From Prochlorococcus sp. MIT 0801 (GTDB taxonomy: Bacteria > Cyanobacteriota > Cyanobacteriia > PCC-6307 > Cyanobiaceae), in NCBI RefSeq assembly GCF_000757865.1, contig NZ_CP007754.1, positions 1,140,001-1,172,000 of the forward strand: a stretch of 32,000 nucleotides of DNA. The letters run 5' to 3'. A model generated the notes under the pieces. The model did not search any database, was not told the origin of the DNA, and saw only the letters and a list, made by a program, of their open reading frames with translations. Positions within the stretch are counted from its first letter, which is position 1. Each line of letters starts with the position of its first letter. Below are positions 22,880 through 28,902 of this stretch, piece after piece. The position numbers were made by a program, and so were the translations under genes.

Positions 22880-23458
22880 TTAGATTTGGTTATTGGGGAA
22901 TAATTCTTTATTTGACTCAGGAGGGTAACCTTGTGGATTCATTGGCTGTAGATCCCGTGGAAAACCATACTTAAAAAATTCTCTTATGTTTAATTGATTC
23001 AAAGCTTCTCGTTCAGTAATAACAAATGTATCTCGAATCAAGTTCACCTCAATTTTTTTTCTTTTACCTTTTTCGTTAGTTCTACCAATGACTAATTTAA
23101 TTGGCTTATCTTTAGGACCTTTGATTAATTTAATTGCCTCCTTTAAACCCATTCCTTTCGTAGACTTTCCATCTATCTTTAGGATTACATCACCAGATTC
23201 CATATCGGCATCACTGGCAGGAGAGCTATTAATAACTGATTGAATTGTTAATTCTGCTGTATCACTATTCAGAAAAAGCGTTATACCAATACCAGTTATT
23301 TCTCTTTTGATACTTGGAGTTTTCCCCCGGTTAGTCATTACGCAACCTGAGTAATCTCTAGCTTCTAGGCAACGTTTGTGAATCTCTTCTGAGACTTCAG
23401 CCTTTACAGTGAGCGGCAATACAAAAGCAGAAATAAAAGGAAGTAGTAAGTGTTTCAT
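22880..23458 (-). CDS. exported PDZ-domain protein (192 aa)
   Basis: Signal peptide MKHLLLPFISAFVLPLTVKA. PDZ-like core GIGITL...SPASDADMESGDVILKIDGKSTKGMGLKEAIKLIKG...IKLVIGR. Confidence 0.75.
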   Translation of the reverse strand: MKHLLLPFISAFVLPLTVKAEVSEEIHKRCLEARDYSGCVMTNRGKTPSIKREITGIGITLFLNSDTAELTIQSVINSSPASDADMESGDVILKIDGKSTKGMGLKEAIKLIKGPKDKPIKLVIGRTNEKGKRKKIEVNLIRDTFVITEREALNQLNIREFFKYGFPRDLQPMNPQGYPPESNKELFPNNQI

Positions 23459-23579
23459 TCTTGGATGTTCCCTACACTAAATTTAAACAATATGCGCTAT
23501 CAATTTCTAATATATGCCGTCCACTTGATTTATAGCTACTCCTATTTTTAAAGGCTCTTTGAAATTTAAATATAACTAG

Positions 23580-23759
23580 TTAAAAATGAAAATACGGAAT
23601 ATCTTTTAGACGAGGAGGATTAGAGGAGCAAATACCAAATTGCATGCACTCAATCACATCATCATCATATTTAGGTTTGGAAGTGGAAAACAACTCATGG
23701 TTCAGAAAAGATCCTTTGACATTCTTTAGTAGATGATTAAATGGATTTCCACAAGACAT
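23580..23759 (-). CDS. small Cys-motif peptide, family member P5 (59 aa)
   Basis: AGGAGG lies 7 nt before the ATG. MSCGNPFNHLLKNVKGSFLNHELFSTSKPKYDDDVIECMQFGICSSNPPRLKDIPYFHF. Confidence 0.7.
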   Translation of the reverse strand: MSCGNPFNHLLKNVKGSFLNHELFSTSKPKYDDDVIECMQFGICSSNPPRLKDIPYFHF

Positions 23760-23781
23760 AATAAGTCCTCCTAAAAATGTT

Positions 23782-23861
23782 GGGGAGGCATTCCATCCAA
23801 TATGACTTTGAATGCCTTCCCCTCTACTATCAGAACCGAGTCTTAAAATAAAAGTTCTGAT
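23782..23861 (-). promoter_or_regulatory. two-hairpin leader upstream of P5
   Basis: 12-bp stem GGGGAAGGCATTC/GAATGCCTCCCC (23782-23822) followed on the minus strand by AACATTTTT and then the SD. 8-bp stem ATCAGAAC/GTTCTGAT (23829-23861). Confidence 0.4.
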
Positions 23862-23914
23862 AATTCTTTTCTAATCAAAGTGATCTAAAAATCAAATCAG
23901 TATAAATTACTGTT

Positions 23915-24077
23915 TTATCTTGCATTTTTTGCGGGAGGCATCTAAACCTCCCTAAAGCCTGAGCCAGTACTCAAAGTGTAGGCAGAGACCCTAGGAAAGG
24001 TTTAATTGAAAACGTAATAATTGAAAATGTTGCTATCACCCAAGTATTACTACAGTTGGGTTAATTAATAACTAATA
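23915..24077 (+). promoter_or_regulatory. conserved structured 5' leader of the DUF2905 operon (copy B)
   Basis: Same hairpin GGGAGG-N8-CCTCCC at 23933-23952. Confidence 0.45.
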
Positions 24078-24281
24078 ATGCAAAGGATACTAATTACACT
24101 TGGACTTGTAATCGCTTCGATTGGTGTTCTATATCCTTACTTAAAACAAATAGGCTTGGGAAGATTACCTGGGGACATCATTCTTAGAGGTCAGAATTCA
24201 ACATTTTATTTCCCAGTGGTCAGCTGTATTGCCATTAGTCTGCTACTTACAGTCATTTTTAACTTATTCCGATCGTCATAA
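24078..24281 (+). CDS. DUF2905-family small membrane protein (67 aa)
   Basis: One aa different from 13785-13988. Confidence 0.85.
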   Translation: MQRILITLGLVIASIGVLYPYLKQIGLGRLPGDIILRGQNSTFYFPVVSCIAISLLLTVIFNLFRSS

Positions 24282-24577
24282 TGAGTTTCGCTGATAACTG
24301 GGTAAGAATATTTGTTGTGATTATGTTTCTTACGTTTGGAGAAGCTCAGATCATTGTAGATATCGTTCCCAATCTGATTGTTTTTGGTTTGTTTCTTGGA
24401 GCGATTGGATACTTTGCTTCAACCGGAAAAATGGCTGAAATGTTCGGCTGGAAAAACAAGAAAGGTGATCGCTCTAGATTATGGACTAAACCAGAAAACA
24501 ACTCAGACCAACTCAGCAAACCAAATCCAGTGAGTTCCCCTAAAAGCCAGTCAGTGCAGTCTCTTATGAATTTTTAA
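24281..24577 (+). CDS. IIPNL-family membrane protein, full-length allele (98 aa)
   Basis: TAATG overlap. MSFADNWVRIFVVIMFLTFGEAQIIVDIVPNLIVFGLFLGAIGYFASTGKMAEMFGWKNKK... Confidence 0.7.
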   Translation: MSFADNWVRIFVVIMFLTFGEAQIIVDIVPNLIVFGLFLGAIGYFASTGKMAEMFGWKNKKGDRSRLWTKPENNSDQLSKPNPVSSPKSQSVQSLMNF

Positions 24578-24652
24578 CTCACTAACTCACTAATAATTTA
24601 TAAAAGGTTAATTAATATAATATTGACTACATAAGTAAGTTATAGGAATTTA

Positions 24653-24692
24653 CTGAGTTGCTGAGTTGCTGAGTTACTGAGTTGCTGAGTTT
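24653..24692 (+). repeat. tandem octamer repeat, 5 x CTGAGTT[GAT]
   Basis: ctgagttg ctgagttg ctgagtta ctgagttg ctgagttt. The imperfect inverted partner AACTCACTAACTCACTAA is at 24576-24593. Confidence 0.9.
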
Positions 24693-24833
24693 CATTGGGT
24701 CCTTCTTGGGTTGAGATTCATGGGTAATTTCGGATCGCAAAATTCTCCTAGGCTTATCAAATAAAAAGTATGGACAGTTAATGGTTTTAAACAGCTTTTT
24801 TAAGTTATAAGAGTAGTTAGCACAAGCTTTTGA

Positions 24834-24852
24834 AGAAGTTGTAACAACTTCT
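24834..24852. promoter_or_regulatory. perfect 19-nt palindrome upstream of the HTH gene (candidate operator)
   Basis: AGAAGTTGT-A-ACAACTTCT, 27 nt before ATG 24879. Confidence 0.4.
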
Positions 24853-24878
24853 CTCTATTTGTCTACAAGTTACAAACC

Positions 24879-25112
24879 ATGCCGTATTGCACCTATAGCG
24901 AAACCGCACGAATCCTTGGTTATTCTTCTAGGTCAACCCTCTATAAAGTGCGCAAAGATGGTTGGTTAAAGCCTTATGAAGTCAGTATTGAAGGGAGAAA
25001 ATATCTTGATTTGCACCCAAGAAATCACAAACCATTAGATCAATATCTCAAAGGAATCTTGCAATGGAGGCCAAGTAACCCAATTAGAAAGATGAACTAT
25101 ATGGACGTGTAA
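24879..25112 (+). CDS. small HTH DNA-binding protein, excisionase/MerR-like (77 aa)
   Basis: YSETARILGYSSRSTLYKVRKDGWLKPYEV resembles the HTH_17/Xis-type motif. Flanked by 13-bp direct repeats TTGTCTACAAGTT (24859-24871 and 25118-25130). Confidence 0.65.
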   Translation: MPYCTYSETARILGYSSRSTLYKVRKDGWLKPYEVSIEGRKYLDLHPRNHKPLDQYLKGILQWRPSNPIRKMNYMDV

Positions 25113-25240
25113 GTCAATTGTCTACAAGTTTGAGAGGTTGACGCTAAACAACAAGTGCCGCTAAAAATGGGAATACAGCTTTTACTTGATTCATGAGCTT
25201 TTTCTAGTCATTTTATTTTAATTAAAAAATATTAACTATA

Positions 25241-25471
25241 TCAATTCACACTCTGGTGAAAACAAGCCACACTAGCAGCAATTTCTATCATTTTCTTTGG
25301 GACTTTTAATGGCAGTTCTTCCATTGAAATTGAATGCCAATCAAGACACAATTCTCTTGCTAATTTTTCAGCATATACGGTCTTTGATTTAGATTCTATT
25401 ACTTCTATCGAACTCTTACTTACGCCACTAATCAAAACTAAAAGAGGTATAGTAACAAATAGAATTTTCAT
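25241..25471 (-). CDS. small secreted protein (76 aa)
   Basis: Signal peptide MKILFVTIPLLVLISGVSKS. Confidence 0.5.
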   Translation of the reverse strand: MKILFVTIPLLVLISGVSKSSIEVIESKSKTVYAEKLARELCLDWHSISMEELPLKVPKKMIEIAASVACFHQSVN

Positions 25472-25776
25472 ATATTATTCGTAAATTAATAAAATTTTCA
25501 ATCCAGAAACATATGATCTGTAGTGTTACTTTCTTTCATGTCAGAGGTAGCATTAATGAGACTTAAAGAAATATTTAATAAAAGTAAAAGTGCTAAGCCT
25601 AAGCTGATTAAATATATTGACTTTATTGATAATTCTTCAGTAATTAACATAACAAAAATTAATCACATAAAAATATTAGCCGATGTCATCTGTTGTATGT
25701 TTATGAAGAGTTTAAGAAACGGTTATTATCTTTTATTAATTCATGTGAATACTTAATATTCACATTATTGATTCTT

Positions 25777-25806
25777 CTTAAACTATTCTTAAATAAAATT
25801 TAAAGT
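25777..25806 (+). promoter_or_regulatory. Pho-box-like repeats upstream of the ptrA-like gene
   Basis: CTTAAACT-att-CTTAAATA-aaa-TTTAAAGT. Three 8-mers at exact 11-bp phasing, about 65 nt before the start codon. Confidence 0.4.
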
Positions 25807-25871
25807 AAATTAAATAAATCCTTTAATTGTCACATTCAAACGGATGCTAGGTTTGGAAAAATTTTTATAAG

Positions 25872-26507
25872 TTGATGACTTCATCTTATCAGGAATCCTT
25901 ATCCAAAGAAAGTCAATTATTTATAAAAGTTTTAGAAAATATGTATCATGCGAGTCATATAGTTAATATTCCTTCAGGAGAAAAAGTATCATTAAGCAAA
26001 AGTTATATTTGGTTAGTTGTAAGAGGTGTTATAAAAATACAAACGTTAAATCTAGATGGAGAAATATCAATACTAGGTTTAGTCAGTAGTGATAATGTTT
26101 TTGGCGAAACATTATCCACATCCAATCCATACGAAGCTTATGCAATGGGCAACTGTGATCTTTTACCAATTTCTTTGATTGAAATTGAACAAAACCCAAC
26201 ATTATCTATATCCATCTTTAATGCACTCAGGAAAACTTATCAGCAAACAGAAATGCTTTTATCCATCAAGTCAATCAGACGAATGGAAGACCGAATTAAG
26301 TCCTTGTTTATATTTTTAGCTGAGAGATATGGACGAGAATGTAAAGATGGAATTGTTATAGATATTCGCCTTACACATCAAGAAATAGCTAATTTATTAT
26401 CAACAACTAGAGTTACAGTTACAAGAATAATGAGTGATTTGAAAGAATCAAAATGGTTAATACTTGAAAGAAGCAAATACGTACTAACACAGCGATCAAC
26501 TATATAA
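25872..26507 (+). CDS. ptrA: Crp/Fnr-family transcriptional regulator, PtrA-like
   Basis: cNMP-binding-like N-terminal domain plus C-terminal HTH THQEIANLLSTTRVTVTRIMSDL. Lies next to phoBR, as expected for the phosphate-stress regulator PtrA of marine picocyanobacteria. Confidence 0.7.
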   Translation: MMTSSYQESLSKESQLFIKVLENMYHASHIVNIPSGEKVSLSKSYIWLVVRGVIKIQTLNLDGEISILGLVSSDNVFGETLSTSNPYEAYAMGNCDLLPISLIEIEQNPTLSISIFNALRKTYQQTEMLLSIKSIRRMEDRIKSLFIFLAERYGRECKDGIVIDIRLTHQEIANLLSTTRVTVTRIMSDLKESKWLILERSKYVLTQRSTI

Positions 26508-26585
26508 GTATTCTTTTCAAGATCAGCTCGCTTCATTCAATTTCCTTATAAATCAACTATACTTGATATAATCAAGGATATTAGT

Positions 26586-27335
26586 TTGATACCTGTGATC
26601 AGTCCTGTCTCTGACAAGCTATCCAAGGCTAAAAAAAGGCTTCTTATTGTTGAAGACGATAAAAGTATTCGTGAAACACTCCGTGAAGCTCTTGTTGCAG
26701 AAGGTTATGCAGTCGAAGTTTGTAAGACTGGTGATGAAGCTCAGACAAGAATTTTTTCTCAGTTCGACACAAGCCAAAATCTTGATTTAGTTGTTTTAGA
26801 CTTGATGTTACCCAACCTGAATGGGATTGAGCTTTGTAGAAGAGTCCGAAAAAACAATATAAAAACACCAATTCTTATTGTCAGTGCAAAAGACAGCGAA
26901 TCAGACCGTGTATTGGGTTTAGAAGTTGGAGCCGACGATTATTTGATAAAGCCATTTGGCTTAAATGAATTAATTGCTAGGTGTCGTGCAATTTTAAGAA
27001 GGTCTGAAACTAATCATGATCAAACTCAAGATTCTTCCCAAGTCCTTAGCTTTAAAAATATTTCCTTATATAAACAGGAATACCGAGTCACTAAAAACAA
27101 TAAGGAAATAAATCTTGCCCCAAAGGAATACAAAATCATGGAGTTGTTTCTGCAGAATCCTAAGCGGGTGTGGAGTCGTGATCAACTTTTAGAACGAATT
27201 TGGGGGATTGATTATGTGGGAGATTCTAAAACTGTAGATGTACACATTAGGTGGATTAGAGAAAAGATAGAGGAAGATGCATCGGCTCCAAGCTATATAA
27301 AAACCGTTAGAGGTTTTGGCTACAAATTTGGGTAA
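26586..27335 (+). CDS. phoB: OmpR-family response regulator PhoB
   Basis: Receiver domain (LLIVEDD, DLVVLDLMLP, SAKD..., KPF) plus winged-helix output (VDVHIRWIREKI, TVRGFGYKF). The track start is TTG; a GTG 9 nt later is an alternative. Confidence 0.9.
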   Translation: MIPVISPVSDKLSKAKKRLLIVEDDKSIRETLREALVAEGYAVEVCKTGDEAQTRIFSQFDTSQNLDLVVLDLMLPNLNGIELCRRVRKNNIKTPILIVSAKDSESDRVLGLEVGADDYLIKPFGLNELIARCRAILRRSETNHDQTQDSSQVLSFKNISLYKQEYRVTKNNKEINLAPKEYKIMELFLQNPKRVWSRDQLLERIWGIDYVGDSKTVDVHIRWIREKIEEDASAPSYIKTVRGFGYKFG

Positions 27336-27344
27336 TGGCGAATT

Positions 27345-28478
27345 ATGTTAAAAAAAACATTTAAAAAACTATTTAGATTAATAAAAAAGATTCTAAGTAT
27401 TAGAAGAGTTGGAAGGACCACAAAGAATTTTTTAAAATGGTTTAATCGTCAACAAGAAGTTGATGTCACTCAACTTTTAAATTGGGTAGATGATATTAAT
27501 CAGGGTTGGATTATTATTACGTCTAAGAACAAAATCATGTATATCAATAAGCAAGCTAAGAAATTATTGTCTATTAAAAAGGATTCAAAAATATTAGGGA
27601 AATCCCTCTATAAACTCAAAATCTCAGACGAGATAAAAAGAGAAATTCAAAAGCTTAATAGCTCAAAGACATTTAAAAGTATTTCTTATTTCTTTAATGA
27701 AAAAGAGCTTGAGATTTCTATAATGCCAAGCTCAAAATCCACTACGCTAATACTTTTAACTAATAAAAGATCTCTAGAATATCAGCGTCAATTACAAGAG
27801 AGAATGTTAGGTGATGCCGCTCATGAATTGAAAACCCCATTAACTGCACTCATGTTACTTGGTGATAGATTGGATAATTTGGTTAAGAAAAAGGATAGGC
27901 CTTTAATAAAGAGATTAAGAAAAGAAATTTTAAGACTTAAGTTGATGGTGAATGATTTATTGGAGTTGTCGAGATTAGTCAATGCATCTTCAGTTGAGGA
28001 TGAATTTACAAAAAAAATTAATATGGAAGAAATTATACTCAGTTCATGGAATACCCTTAAGCCGCTGGCAGATAAGAAAAAATTAAATTTAGTTAATACA
28101 TCGAAAACTAATTCTTTAATAGAGGGTAATTCTGAGAAATTATATAGGGTTGTTTTTAATTTGCTTGATAATGCAATTAGATATTCCCCTGATTCAGCTA
28201 ACATCAATACTCAAATTTATGAAGATGATAAACATCTAATTTTAAGTATCAAAGATGAAGGGCCAGGGTTAAGTAAAGATGATCTGAAAAATATGTTTCA
28301 ACGTTTTTATAGAGGTGATCCATCTAGGTATAAAAACAAACGTATAGGTAGTGGTTTAGGTCTCTCAATAGCTCAACAAATAGTTGTTAATCACAAAGGG
28401 GCTATTGAAGCTTCTAATGATACTAATGGTGGTACTTTGATGAAAATCAAATTACCTCTACAAAAACAGATTGTTTAG
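27345..28478 (+). CDS. phoR: sensor histidine kinase PhoR
   Basis: H-box HELKTPLTAL, N-box LLDNAIRYS, G-boxes DEGPGL and GSGLGLSIA. 9 nt after the phoB stop. No obvious N-terminal TM segment. Confidence 0.9.
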   Translation: MLKKTFKKLFRLIKKILSIRRVGRTTKNFLKWFNRQQEVDVTQLLNWVDDINQGWIIITSKNKIMYINKQAKKLLSIKKDSKILGKSLYKLKISDEIKREIQKLNSSKTFKSISYFFNEKELEISIMPSSKSTTLILLTNKRSLEYQRQLQERMLGDAAHELKTPLTALMLLGDRLDNLVKKKDRPLIKRLRKEILRLKLMVNDLLELSRLVNASSVEDEFTKKINMEEIILSSWNTLKPLADKKKLNLVNTSKTNSLIEGNSEKLYRVVFNLLDNAIRYSPDSANINTQIYEDDKHLILSIKDEGPGLSKDDLKNMFQRFYRGDPSRYKNKRIGSGLGLSIAQQIVVNHKGAIEASNDTNGGTLMKIKLPLQKQIV

Positions 28479-28819
28479 TAAATATCTGGACAGTTTTTTC
28501 TTGCTATAAGTCTTTTCAAGTCTCGAACAGCATCACCAGTTAATAGATAACTACCATCATTTTCTTCGTACCAATAAGTTTGTCTTTTACCAATTGCAGA
28601 CCAGAATCTATCTGGGAGTGATGGCATATAAAAATCAACAAAGGCTGAAACACCGTATTCATTTTCAGACCTCATATCATCACATGCCTTATTCATTTCT
28701 TCTACATTATGTATGTAGTATCTTGCTGCTTGCCAAAAGTATTTATCCTCTGCTTTTGATGTTTCTAGCAAGCAAAAAAATAGATAACTAAAAATAGCTA
28801 AAAGATATTTTCTCTTCAT
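28475..28819 (-). CDS. secreted hypothetical protein (114 aa) inside the Pho cluster
   Basis: Signal peptide MKRKYLLAIFSYLFFCLLETSKA. Its 3' end overlaps the phoR stop by 4 nt (convergent). Confidence 0.6.
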   Translation of the reverse strand: MKRKYLLAIFSYLFFCLLETSKAEDKYFWQAARYYIHNVEEMNKACDDMRSENEYGVSAFVDFYMPSLPDRFWSAIGKRQTYWYEENDGSYLLTGDAVRDLKRLIARKNCPDIY

Positions 28820-28847
28820 GAATTTAAATACATCGAATTTAATGGAT

Positions 28848-28883
28848 AAAAAAAAAAGGGTACAACATCTATATGCTGTACCC
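28848..28883 (-). terminator. intrinsic terminator of the phosphatase gene
   Basis: Stem GGGTACA/TGTACCC (28858-28883) followed on the minus strand by U10. Confidence 0.7.
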
Positions 28884-28902
28884 TCTCTCTTAGTTGATTG
28901 AT

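Larger units (their letters stand above)
23862..24474 (+). repeat. direct segmental duplication, copy B
   Basis: See 13584-14180. Contains a 16-nt internal duplication (AACGTAATAATTGAAA) in the leader. Confidence 0.9.

Noticed and set aside
558-23759. P-family peptides as lanthipeptide (prochlorosin-like) or other RiPP precursors
   Set aside because: There is no Nif11/NHLP-type leader, no GG/GA cleavage motif, and no LanM, cyclodehydratase or radical-SAM gene nearby. Both termini are conserved while the middle varies, which is the opposite of the conserved-leader/hypervariable-core logic of RiPPs. The idea is kept only as a remote possibility.
24653-24692. Possible CRISPR array (short tandem repeats)
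   Set aside because: The units are only 8 bp and directly abutting with no spacers, and there are no cas genes in the window. This is a microsatellite/iteron-type repeat, not a CRISPR array.
25523-25756. Track ORF 25523-25756(+)
   Set aside because: It has a GTG start, is extremely AT-rich and has no SD or motifs. It lies in the divergent promoter region upstream of the ptrA-like gene. I cannot support it, though a small gene here is not excluded.
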